Positions 28,552-37,628 of a DNA stretch of 64,000 bases are shown piece after piece. The stretch's first letter is position 1. Each line of letters starts with the position of its first letter. The DNA is from Candidatus Saccharimonadota bacterium (GTDB lineage: Bacteria; Patescibacteriota; Saccharimonadia; UBA4664): assembly GCA_019352195.1 (NCBI GenBank), contig JACAFG010000002.1:19120-83119 (forward strand). The letters are read 5' to 3'. The position numbers and the translations under genes are program-made. The notes beneath the pieces are model-generated. The model was given only the letters and a program-made list of their open reading frames with translations, searched no databases and was not told the origin of the DNA.

Positions 28552-28573
28552 AGAGTCCTACGGGGCTCTTTTT
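28552..28573 (+). terminator. intrinsic terminator after the small basic-protein gene
   Basis: agagtcc-tacg-gggctct (one G.U) followed by ttttg. Confidence 0.6.
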
Positions 28574-28648
28574 GAATCAAAAACCAATCTGTTTCAGGTT
28601 GTGCTTCATGGCTACGCGATCTACGATAGAACCAACAAGAGAGTGCGA

Positions 28649-30043
28649 ATGGAACGTGAACTAACTGAGAAATGTGCCGTGTTTGGTGCGCTCACGACGA
28701 GCCGCTATGCTACGCGTCTGAGGTATTATGGACTGTTTGCACTGCAGCATCGCGGTCAGGAGAGCTCAGGAATTGCGAGCTCAATTGAAGGCGGCTTGAA
28801 GCGCCACGCCGGGGAAGGCCTGGTAGCGCATGTGTACCGCGCCGAAGATTTGGACGATCTGAAAAGCAGTTTAGCGATTGGTCATAATAGATATGCGACT
28901 TCTGGCGGTAATCCTGGTGACCAAGTACAGCCAATTGTGGACTCTACCCTTGGATTTGCGTTTGCCCACAACGGAAATTTGCCAGAAACCGTGAAGCTGG
29001 AGAAGTTTCTATCGGAGCACGGTATTCGTCATGATGATGTTAGTGATTCGCGCATGATGGCGCTAGCCATTGGATGTTACATGAGTGAGGGTAATAGCCT
29101 AACGGCAGCGATAGAACTGGCATGGCCCTTATTTACCGGCGCTTTTTTATGTGTCGCCATGACTGAAGATACGATAGCTGGGTTTAGGGACGCTTACGGC
29201 ATCCGGCCCTTGTCGTTAGGTAAGCTTGATGATGGATACGCCATTGCTTCGGAGACGTGCGCCTTTGATACCGTAGGGGCGGCGTTCTTGCGCGATATTA
29301 AGCCCGGCGAGCTCGTGACAGTGACGGCGCAAGGGGTGAAGTATAAGCAAGTGGTAGTCTCGCCGCGGACGGCGCTCGACGTGTTTGAATATGTTTATTT
29401 TGCTCGTCCTGACAGCATGATCATGGGCCGGCGCGTAAACGAGGTTCGTCGCAAACTGGGCGAAAATTTGGCGCGTGAATTCAAAATTGAAGCTGATGTG
29501 GTGGTGCCGGTGCCCGATTCAGCGATTCCGGCGGCCCTTGGCTACGCGGCGGCGACGGGGATACGGTTTGACCATGGCTTCATCAAAAATCGGTATATTC
29601 ACCGGACGTTTATTAAGCCAACCCAGGAAATGCGTGAGTGTGATGTTAAAACCAAGCTCAATCCGGTGCCTGAGGCGGTGATGGGTAAGCGGGTGATTGT
29701 GATCGATGACTCAATTGTGCGCGGTACGACCACGGCGCAGATCGTCGATATGCTTTATGGCGCGGGTGCTACCCAGGTGCACGTGCTCGTGAGCTCGCCG
29801 CCAGTTAAGTTTCCCGATTTTTACGGTATTAATACACCCGATCCGCGCGAACTTATTGCCTCATATATGACTGAGGACGAAATCCGCGATCAAATGGGGG
29901 CAGGTTCACTCGGGTATTTGTCGATGGATGGAATGATTTCAGCCACCGGCTGGCCCAAAAATAAGCTCAATACCAGTAGTTTTGACGGTGAATATCCGAT
30001 TGATATTGGTGACCGGGCTCGGGTCATTTTACGCTCCCGCTAG
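28649..30043 (+). CDS. purF: amidophosphoribosyltransferase
   Basis: Ntn Cys in (M)ERELTEKCAVFGAL and PRTase motif VIVIDDSIVRGTT. Six-frame ORF begins at 28601 (GTG). ATG 28649 gives a short propeptide before Cys. Confidence 0.85.
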   Translation: MERELTEKCAVFGALTTSRYATRLRYYGLFALQHRGQESSGIASSIEGGLKRHAGEGLVAHVYRAEDLDDLKSSLAIGHNRYATSGGNPGDQVQPIVDSTLGFAFAHNGNLPETVKLEKFLSEHGIRHDDVSDSRMMALAIGCYMSEGNSLTAAIELAWPLFTGAFLCVAMTEDTIAGFRDAYGIRPLSLGKLDDGYAIASETCAFDTVGAAFLRDIKPGELVTVTAQGVKYKQVVVSPRTALDVFEYVYFARPDSMIMGRRVNEVRRKLGENLAREFKIEADVVVPVPDSAIPAALGYAAATGIRFDHGFIKNRYIHRTFIKPTQEMRECDVKTKLNPVPEAVMGKRVIVIDDSIVRGTTTAQIVDMLYGAGATQVHVLVSSPPVKFPDFYGINTPDPRELIASYMTEDEIRDQMGAGSLGYLSMDGMISATGWPKNKLNTSSFDGEYPIDIGDRARVILRSR

Positions 30044-30126
30044 TGATTTTCTTTACTAATTTCTAACAAGCTATCATTCTTTCTTACAGCCGGCTTAGCG
30101 CCGGATGACCTCGAGATAGGACTAGC

Positions 30127-30978
30127 ATGATCGTGACTGATATCTCGCCTGCTCGGTGGGCGACGCTGATTGACGTTCTTGGCATGACCACCGCGCCGGA
30201 TCGTACGCGATTGGTTCAGATGCTTGAAGGAGACAAGCCTTTGGGCGTCATTGGGGCCGGCTCGGATAGCGGCCAACTGCTCCTCGTCCTCATGTCGATG
30301 CGCAAATACCGCGAACTCGTGCGTACCGCTGATGTCGACATTCCGCTGTTTGTGCCGGTATCACTGAGCGATCTGGCTCCCGAGGCGTTATCGCGGCTAG
30401 AAACGTTTGGCATGGTCGATGCCGACGGTAACCCGCGGTGCGATATTTCCACCGTAGAACTGGCCGGCTGGTTTCGTAACCGGACGTACGCCCGAGCGCG
30501 TAAGGACAACGACAATCTGGTCTTGCCGGAGAATTGTCCGGATACGTGGGCGCCGGCATCAGGGGTGTCGCGTGCTCATGTCGCAATGGCGGGTGATGTC
30601 GGGATGTGCCGTCACTCAACTCGCGATGTCCGTGCCATTGGCAACGTGTATAAGTGGTTCGACCTCGACCTCGTGCCGGTCGGGGGTTCGGTGTGGCGAC
30701 TGAGCCATAACCGCACGCTATGGCACTTCACCCGCTGCTCCCACGGTTGGTCGGTGCTGTGTGTGCCACATGCCTATTGGCCGGAGCCGCCTAGCAAGTG
30801 CAGCAATATTGGATCGCGTTGGTCTCGGAAGAATGGCACAGGCCGTTCTTCCGAGACCAATTGTCGTAATAAAGGTATAATTAAGATCTATGGCACAAGC
30901 AAAAGAGCGACTAGTACTAGTAGATGGGTCGGCGGTGTTTTACCGCGGCTATTACGCGATTCCGCATTTATCAAATAA
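30127..30978 (+). CDS. hypothetical protein in a GC-rich segment; the C-terminal part is probably not real because it overlaps the polA start by 89 nt
   Basis: The first roughly 140 aa are protein-like. The tail is Trp/Cys/Arg-rich and runs across the polA RBS and start. Confidence 0.3.
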   Translation: MIVTDISPARWATLIDVLGMTTAPDRTRLVQMLEGDKPLGVIGAGSDSGQLLLVLMSMRKYRELVRTADVDIPLFVPVSLSDLAPEALSRLETFGMVDADGNPRCDISTVELAGWFRNRTYARARKDNDNLVLPENCPDTWAPASGVSRAHVAMAGDVGMCRHSTRDVRAIGNVYKWFDLDLVPVGGSVWRLSHNRTLWHFTRCSHGWSVLCVPHAYWPEPPSKCSNIGSRWSRKNGTGRSSETNCRNKGIIKIYGTSKRATSTSRWVGGVLPRLLRDSAFIK

Positions 30979-33670
30979 AGACGGTTTGGCTACCAACGCG
31001 GTTTATGGGTTTACCACGATCTTTCTTAAAATGCTGCAAGATCTCAAGCCAAAGTACGTGATTGTAACGTGGGATAAGAGCGCAAAAACGTTTCGAAAAG
31101 ACATGTATGAGGGCTACAAAGCCACGCGTAAGCCGATGCCAGATGATTTACGAGAGCAGATCCCGCTGCTTAAGGAACTGGTTGAGGGGCTTAAACTGCC
31201 CTTTGTGGAGCTGGAAAACTTTGAAGCCGATGACATCATCGGAACGCTCGCGTATGAGGCTGAGAAGCGGGGCGATCTGGAGACAATCATTGTAACTGGC
31301 GACCTCGATGAGCTACAGCTCGTTGATGAGAACACGGTGGTGCGGATTGCCAAAACAGCGAGCGAGGCCATGAGCTACGACATTGCGGCCGTGAAGGATC
31401 GTTATAAGGTGACGCCGAAGCAGTTTATTGACGTCAAAGCTCTCAAAGGAGATGCCAGTGACAATATTCCGGGTGTGCCTGGAATTGGTGAAAAGGGCGC
31501 AGTCGATTTAATCGTTAAATACGGCTCGCTGGATGAAGTTTATCAGCACGTTGATGAGCAATCGAAAGGAGTGGCAAAGAAGCTCGCCGATGGCAAAGAA
31601 TTAGCTTACTTGAGCCAAAAACTCTCGACGATTGTGCTTGACGCGCCGGTAAAGTTAGATCTAGCGGCCGCCGAGATTGGCCAGTATGACAATGAGCATG
31701 TGGCCAAACTGTTTCACCGACTCGATTTTCGTAGTTTGCTGCCAAAATTGCCGCCGCAACTTGATCCGGCAACCGTGGAAGCGGCAGTTCAAAATCCGGC
31801 TGAGGGACCGCTAACGCTGTTTGGCGGTGATGCCCCCGTTAAGAGTCGTAAACATCTGGAAACGGCTAAATATGAGGCAATTACGACGACTGAACGGCTC
31901 GATTGGCTGGTCAAGCAATTAACCAACCTAGAGGTGTTCGCGTTTGATAGTGAAACGACCGGCGTTGATACCGAGACAGCCGAGCTGGTTGGATTATCAT
32001 TCGCCTGGAAGGAGACTGAGGCGTATTACGTCCCGGTAGCCCACAACGCGGGCGTGCAGCTTGGTTGCGAAGAGGTGATTGCTGCCTTAAAACCCGTATT
32101 TGAGGACGACAAAATTGGCAAAGTTGGCCACAATATCAAATTTGATATTAAGATGGTGGCTAAATACGGTGTTGACGTTGTTAATGTGGCGTTTGACACG
32201 ATGGTGGCCGCCTTCTTGCTGAACTCGCTGGGCCGATCGCAGTCGTTGGATGGTCTGGCCTATGACGAATTTGGTATTGAGATGATTCCGATTAGCGAAA
32301 TGATTGGATCCGGTAAAACCCAGACGACCTTTGACGCGGTTCTCATTGAGGACGCGACGACATACGCGGCGGAGGATGCCGACATCACGTGGCGATTATA
32401 TGAGGTCTTGAGTAAGCGCCTGTATTCTAAGGAGGCTCCCAATGACTATGGCTGGACGCTTGAGCGCCTAGCGCGAGAGATTGAATGGCCGGTAATTACG
32501 GTACTAGCCGATATGGAAAGAGCGGGTATCGAGCTAGATAGTGCAATGCTTGAGCGTTTTGGAAAGCGTCTGCGTGAACGTCTCAATGAGCTCAAAACGC
32601 AGATTTATGATGCTGCGGGTGAAGAGTTTAACTTGGGATCGCCAGCCCAGATGGCGCAAATATTGTATGGCCGGCTGGGATTGTCGACGGTGGGGCTGAA
32701 AAAAGGCAAAACGGGCTTTTCAACCGCGGCGGGCGAACTCGAAAAGCTTCGGGACGCCCACCCGATCGTGAATCTGATAATGGAAAACCGTGAGCTCGAT
32801 AAGTTGATGAGTACCTATGTGGAGGCGCTACCAGGTTTGGTGGCGGCCGATGGACGGATTCATACCAGCTTTAATCAGACTATCGCTCAAACGGGACGGC
32901 TCAGCTCAACGAACCCCAATTTGCAAAACATTCCGGTACGCACTCAACTTGGCCGAGAAATTCGCCAGGCGTTTGTGGCGCCGAAAGGCCGCGTGCTGGT
33001 GAGCGCCGATTACTCCCAGATTGAGCTCCGCGTAGCGGCGGCGCTGGCCAAAGATGAAGCTATGATCAAAACTTTTACCGATGGTATCGATTTGCACGCA
33101 CAAACGGCAGCCGAACTGTACCAGGTAGATTTGGAAGACGTCACCAAGGAGCAGCGATCAGCCAGTAAGACTATAAACTTTGGCGTGCTTTACGGTATGA
33201 GCGCGCATGGGCTGAGTGTAGCCACGGGGATGGACCGGGATCAGGCGCAGGCGTTCATTGATCGTTACTTTGAGGTACGGCCTAAGCTGGCGGCTTACAT
33301 TGAGGCTACCAAAAAATTTGCTTACGACAATCAATACACGGCAACAGTCTTTGGCCGTCGGCGGCCGTGTCCTGAAATTCGCAGCAGTGTGTATATGCTC
33401 AGGCAAGGCGCTGAACGTATGGCCGTAAACGTGCCTATCCAAGGTACGGCGGCTGATATCTATAAGCTAGCAATGATTCACTTAGCCGCCAAATTGGAAC
33501 CAGCCGATAAACTATTGCTGCAAATTCATGACGAACTGATTGTGGAGACCGATGAAGCGCGGGCCAATGATGTGGCCGAGCTCATGCGTATGGTGATGGA
33601 AAATGCGATTGATATTGGTGTGCCACTAGCGGTAGATACGGCAATTGGGACCAACTGGGGCGAGCTTTGA
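30890..33670 (+). CDS. polA: DNA polymerase I (5'-3' exonuclease, 3'-5' exonuclease and polymerase domains)
   Basis: LVLVDGSAVFYRGYYA, FAFDSETTG, KVGHNIKFD, motif A DYSQIELR, motif B and motif C (QIHDELIVE) all present. 926 aa. Confidence 0.95.
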   Translation: MAQAKERLVLVDGSAVFYRGYYAIPHLSNKDGLATNAVYGFTTIFLKMLQDLKPKYVIVTWDKSAKTFRKDMYEGYKATRKPMPDDLREQIPLLKELVEGLKLPFVELENFEADDIIGTLAYEAEKRGDLETIIVTGDLDELQLVDENTVVRIAKTASEAMSYDIAAVKDRYKVTPKQFIDVKALKGDASDNIPGVPGIGEKGAVDLIVKYGSLDEVYQHVDEQSKGVAKKLADGKELAYLSQKLSTIVLDAPVKLDLAAAEIGQYDNEHVAKLFHRLDFRSLLPKLPPQLDPATVEAAVQNPAEGPLTLFGGDAPVKSRKHLETAKYEAITTTERLDWLVKQLTNLEVFAFDSETTGVDTETAELVGLSFAWKETEAYYVPVAHNAGVQLGCEEVIAALKPVFEDDKIGKVGHNIKFDIKMVAKYGVDVVNVAFDTMVAAFLLNSLGRSQSLDGLAYDEFGIEMIPISEMIGSGKTQTTFDAVLIEDATTYAAEDADITWRLYEVLSKRLYSKEAPNDYGWTLERLAREIEWPVITVLADMERAGIELDSAMLERFGKRLRERLNELKTQIYDAAGEEFNLGSPAQMAQILYGRLGLSTVGLKKGKTGFSTAAGELEKLRDAHPIVNLIMENRELDKLMSTYVEALPGLVAADGRIHTSFNQTIAQTGRLSSTNPNLQNIPVRTQLGREIRQAFVAPKGRVLVSADYSQIELRVAAALAKDEAMIKTFTDGIDLHAQTAAELYQVDLEDVTKEQRSASKTINFGVLYGMSAHGLSVATGMDRDQAQAFIDRYFEVRPKLAAYIEATKKFAYDNQYTATVFGRRRPCPEIRSSVYMLRQGAERMAVNVPIQGTAADIYKLAMIHLAAKLEPADKLLLQIHDELIVETDEARANDVAELMRMVMENAIDIGVPLAVDTAIGTNWGEL

Positions 33671-34203
33671 TCGGCGTAGCGTTGGCCGATGGCGACTTGA
33701 AGCTGGTTGCTCCAAATGTTGAACGCGATGCGCTGCTGGGTGTGGGCTGGGTGAATGGCGAAGTAGGGCACGAAACCATGCGGCTCATGGGGAATAACCC
33801 AAAATCGATTACGGATACAACGCTCAAACAGCAGCAAAAACTGATCCAAAGCTTTATTGATGATCAACATGCGATTTATTGGATGCTTGAGTTAAATCAG
33901 AGGGTTGTCGGCGCAATTTGGATTCAACTAAACGATGAAGAGTATTTGCCTGGTCCGTCTGTTTCGATAATGATTGGCGATGTAATTGCGCGCGGACACG
34001 GTATTGGCAAACGCGCGATGATATTGGTACTTGGCTGGGCACGTCTGCACGTGACTAATCTAAAGCAGCCATTACGGGTTAGGGCACTGGCTGACAATGC
34101 CGCCAGTAATGCTTTGATTAAGAGTTTTAGTGCATTGCTCGATGGCAAACAGTATACCGATAGTGATGGTTTGGTTTGGCAGAATTATCAACTCAAGGGC
34201 TAA
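33667..34203 (+). CDS. GNAT-family N-acetyltransferase
   Basis: VVGAIWIQL...IGDVIARGHGIGKRAM acetyl-CoA-binding motif. TTGA overlap with polA. Confidence 0.6.
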   Translation: MIGVALADGDLKLVAPNVERDALLGVGWVNGEVGHETMRLMGNNPKSITDTTLKQQQKLIQSFIDDQHAIYWMLELNQRVVGAIWIQLNDEEYLPGPSVSIMIGDVIARGHGIGKRAMILVLGWARLHVTNLKQPLRVRALADNAASNALIKSFSALLDGKQYTDSDGLVWQNYQLKG

Positions 34204-35126
34204 TTGAGGGGCTTTTCGGATCGAATCATAATCGTGAGGCCGGTGTAGGTATTGGAAGCGAGGCCTGCGATTGTCGTTGATTCTTGCGCGGGTAGCAGCT
34301 CGACTGAGATGGTAGTTGGGCCTTTGTAAAAGCTAAATCCGGAAATGTACGCTGGCTTATATTGGGCGTTGGTAATGCCTTCGTAGGGCGAAGCGTTGGC
34401 GGAGTTGTAGCCCAGTGGTGCCAACTGGCTACTGATATCTGAATAAACGGCGGTAGCAGAAACTGATGGGCACGAATAGGTGATTTCGCGCCAATATGCC
34501 ACCGTATCAACGCCTTCGGAGTTATCGGTTTGGCTAGTAACCGTGCAATTCGCTGGTGCGTGCAAACTGGCAGCGGCAGCGAGCACCTTGGCTTTATAAG
34601 GTGCAATCGACTTGGTAACTCCTGATGAAAACGAGCCGAGAACGAAAATAGCTAATAGCGCGCTCAATATTCCAGCCGCACCGATGAGGGCAATGATGAT
34701 AAGGCCAATGGATTTCAGCTTGCTCTTGGGCTGTTCGATCGGTTTTTGAGGCATAGCTGACGGACTAGTCGGCTGGTCTGGCTGCTCGGCTGGCCGCGGG
34801 GCTGGTGCAGGCTCAATGGTAACGGCTTGGGTGGGTGGCATTGCCTCCGGCTGTTGAGCGCGGACAACGGGAGTGGCTTGGTCTGTTTGAGGCGCAGCTG
34901 CCAATGGATTGACGGATATTGGTGTTGCTACCTGTTCGTGCTCGGCGACGGGCGCAGGATTGGTTTGCGAATCTCTCGGCGCTACTTCAGTTGTGGAGGT
35001 CGGAATGGGTTCGGGCGCACGGTGGACCGAGCTTGAGGCTCCAGGAGTTAGGGGATACGACGCATGCTGCGGCGTGATCATTGGAACTGGATTACCGGAT
35101 TCATCGAAGTCATCTACTCGTGGCAT
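34200..35126 (-). CDS. single-pass membrane protein with a proline-rich cytoplasmic N-terminus and a Cys-containing extracytoplasmic domain (paralog A)
   Basis: MPRVDDFDESGNPVPM... Pro/Ala/Gln-rich 130 aa, TM (IGLIIIALIGAAGILSALLAIFVLG), C-terminal domain with ...CTVTSQ...YSCPS. Confidence 0.55.
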   Translation of the reverse strand: MPRVDDFDESGNPVPMITPQHASYPLTPGASSSVHRAPEPIPTSTTEVAPRDSQTNPAPVAEHEQVATPISVNPLAAAPQTDQATPVVRAQQPEAMPPTQAVTIEPAPAPRPAEQPDQPTSPSAMPQKPIEQPKSKLKSIGLIIIALIGAAGILSALLAIFVLGSFSSGVTKSIAPYKAKVLAAAASLHAPANCTVTSQTDNSEGVDTVAYWREITYSCPSVSATAVYSDISSQLAPLGYNSANASPYEGITNAQYKPAYISGFSFYKGPTTISVELLPAQESTTIAGLASNTYTGLTIMIRSEKPLN

Positions 35127-35136
35127 GGTTTTCTCG

Positions 35137-35799
35137 CTAGTTTACCGATACGGTTAGTCTGTAATGAGTAAAGCGGCGGGCTTGGGCCGTTGCCTTATCG
35201 GGTGCGTAATACGTTTTTCCGGGGGCGTCTTCGAGCAAGTACGTTAAATTGGTGAAAGAATGGTCCCGATAGTCAATTTGGTTCATATAGCCTTCGGCCC
35301 CAGAATTAAGGGTTACGCTCGTAGGCTGAGGGGCAGATTCTTGAGCGGCTTGGTACGGGGTTGGGACAAGTGAGGTGGCGATGGCAGCGAGGTAATTATC
35401 GGCTGTGGCGGGCGAACAGGTGTACTCGATAACCGACATTGCTTCAACGGTATCGATGCTGGCACTGCGCGAATTAAGCTGTGAGTCTTGCGTACAGCCC
35501 GGGAGGGTTTGAATGCCGGCGACGGCTGCTTTGAGGGCGTTGGCGTTTTTTAGGCTTGAGGCTTGAACACCAATGATAAGCGCTGCCGAAATACCTGCGA
35601 TGACTACGACTGGTAGGCCAATGAGGCACAATACAATGATAAACGGGGTACTCAGACCTCGTTTTTTGGATGTTTTAGCCCCAGGGGACGCATATTGAGG
35701 TGACACGGGTGGGGTAGTTGATGCTCCTATTGAGGCCGAAGCTGGAGATGTTACAGGTAGCGGCTTTCCGCTCGCATCGAGCACATCAGCGCGTGGCAT
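35137..35799 (-). CDS. single-pass membrane protein, paralog B of 34200..35126
   Basis: Start moved to M20 (MPRADVLDASGKPLPV, which parallels MPRVDDFDESGNPVPM). TM (FIIVLCLIGLPVVVIAGISAALIIG). C-terminal domain with ...GCTQDSQ...YTCSP. Confidence 0.55.
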   Translation of the reverse strand: MPRADVLDASGKPLPVTSPASASIGASTTPPVSPQYASPGAKTSKKRGLSTPFIIVLCLIGLPVVVIAGISAALIIGVQASSLKNANALKAAVAGIQTLPGCTQDSQLNSRSASIDTVEAMSVIEYTCSPATADNYLAAIATSLVPTPYQAAQESAPQPTSVTLNSGAEGYMNQIDYRDHSFTNLTYLLEDAPGKTYYAPDKATAQARRFTHYRLTVSVN

Positions 35800-35800
35800 G

Positions 35801-36145
35801 TTAGCCGGCGCAAACTGTCGAGCGGATAAACATGTAGGCGAGCAGTCCTTGGCCAATCAGTAGGGCAAAGATAGCCAAGTTGTAGGCGGAAATACCGACG
35901 TCCCAGCCTTTGCGTAAGCGTAACGCGCCGAGTAAGAACACCAGATACGCGGCCGCCGCGATGCCGAGCTCGAGCATGGCTACTTGGAGGCTGTCAGTTG
36001 CCTTAAGCGGCGGCAGGCCGCAAGGACGGTAGCCACTGACGGTGAGGCCGCCTTGCATGAGGGCTAAAAAGGCCACGAGTCCAGCGCTTGCAACCGTAAG
36101 AAAACGGTTAAAGGGAACCGGAGCTAAATTTCTAGTACGTGCCAT
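35801..36145 (-). CDS. small polytopic membrane protein (3 predicted TM)
   Basis: 114 aa. Stop abuts the start of paralog B. Confidence 0.45.
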   Translation of the reverse strand: MARTRNLAPVPFNRFLTVASAGLVAFLALMQGGLTVSGYRPCGLPPLKATDSLQVAMLELGIAAAAYLVFLLGALRLRKGWDVGISAYNLAIFALLIGQGLLAYMFIRSTVCAG

Positions 36146-36187
36146 AATATCTTGATTATACCAGCAAAATGCTTAGGCGAAAGAGGG

Positions 36188-36484
36188 TTATTCGCTGATT
36201 TCGACGCCGCGCCAGAAAGCCACGTAGCCAGCAAAATCTTGGCCAACTTTTTCGGCTGCGCCTTCTTTGGGGTGTTCGTAGGAAAAAGCGGCGTCTTTGA
36301 GCTCCTGCCCTTCGACCATCAGGGAGTAGTAGGTACAGACACCTTTCCAGGGGCAGGTGTAGGGCGTGTCGGACGGTACAAAAAACTCGCGGTGAACACT
36401 TGCCGGCGGAAAGTACTCGTTGCCTTCGATAGTGATAGTCTCGGGTGCTTCGGCAATTACTTCGCCGTTCCATACTGCTTTCAT
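36188..36484 (-). CDS. DUF427-domain protein
   Basis: MKAVWNGEVIAEA...IEGNEYFPPASV...CPWKGVCTYYSL...VAFW pattern of PF04248. Confidence 0.55.
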   Translation of the reverse strand: MKAVWNGEVIAEAPETITIEGNEYFPPASVHREFFVPSDTPYTCPWKGVCTYYSLMVEGQELKDAAFSYEHPKEGAAEKVGQDFAGYVAFWRGVEISE

Positions 36485-36578
36485 GATATGCCTTTTTAGT
36501 TGGTTCTATCTTACCTGAGAACAGATAATAATTCAGCCCGAGCAACGAATTGCTCGGGCTGAATGGACTGCGGACTGA

Positions 36579-37496
36579 CTAGAGCTGGTGGCGGTGGACT
36601 GCACGTGTCCAGAGTTCCTGGAGGTGCTGGTACGCATCCCAGGTGGGATTTATACCATATCTTACCGCCACAACGCCCCGCGGAAGACTAGGATCTAAGG
36701 CGGCGACTTGCGCGAACCACTGCTGAACTTGGCTAACGGACATCGGTTCGTGAATCGACAATACGGGTCGTCTGCTAACCGCGTGCCGGGCTATAACCTC
36801 GGCATCCATTTGTACGACCCGTCGGGCGGCCAGCGCCTGACCCATCTCCGAGAGCGGTCGATGTTTCGCCGCCCTTTTGTGCCGCTTGGTGCTACGGGAG
36901 TAGTGCATCCGAGCCGATCTTGGAGACCGGTGATGAGTGTCATTGGTCTCTTGCTGGCCAGTCATGATGAGACGGACCATGAAGTCGTAGATGGCCGTGA
37001 CGAGTATGAGGAGCATTGATCTCATCGCGTCCGACCGGTCAAGCCACATGTTTGATGCACGGGCCATGGCCGAATTGTCTTCATCCACGCGCGCGTGGCG
37101 TCCAGGTGCGGGCGGCCAAACGAGATGCTCGGGTTGGGGCAGACCTGGGAACGGACCGTCGAAGTAGTTGTGCTCGACGATAGCCGTCCGGATCAGCCTA
37201 GCCCGTCTCATCTGGCGGGGACTCGGCACATGGTCGAAGATTTGCCCTGCTCGGAAGATGGTGGTCCTGAAGATCACCCAACCTAGTGCTATCAGATCCA
37301 TGATGATGAAGATGGGGCTGAACCGGAACAGCGGAATAGCCTCGCCAACACCGCCAAAGATGTAGAATCCGGACAGAACTACGACCAGAATGGCGAAATT
37401 GCGCCGGGCTTCGTGGTAGTGGGTCAAGATGCTCTTGGCCCACAAGGCAGGGTAGTCGGCTTCGGTCGGGAGTTCATCCCGGTAGGAGATTTTCAT
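36579..37496 (-). CDS. hypothetical membrane protein (2 N-terminal TM helices plus a soluble C-terminal domain)
   Basis: Start taken at M16 (MKISYRDEL...). Hydrophobic segments ILVVVLSGFYIFGGV and IFIIMDLIALGWVIF. Confidence 0.45.
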   Translation of the reverse strand: MKISYRDELPTEADYPALWAKSILTHYHEARRNFAILVVVLSGFYIFGGVGEAIPLFRFSPIFIIMDLIALGWVIFRTTIFRAGQIFDHVPSPRQMRRARLIRTAIVEHNYFDGPFPGLPQPEHLVWPPAPGRHARVDEDNSAMARASNMWLDRSDAMRSMLLILVTAIYDFMVRLIMTGQQETNDTHHRSPRSARMHYSRSTKRHKRAAKHRPLSEMGQALAARRVVQMDAEVIARHAVSRRPVLSIHEPMSVSQVQQWFAQVAALDPSLPRGVVAVRYGINPTWDAYQHLQELWTRAVHRHQL

Positions 37497-37628
37497 ATTG
37501 GTCCTTTGGTCGCAGGTAGGTGCAGGAGAGCAGTAAAGCATTTATATCATGTATTGAGTAATAATACAATGTCTGGCTGCCGAACATGTCCTGTTTGAGC
37601 TATAATTACCAGATAGAAGGATGGCGTT

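Noticed and set aside
36152-36499. 115-aa + strand ORF
   Set aside because: It is antisense to the confidently assigned DUF427 gene, and its composition is poor.
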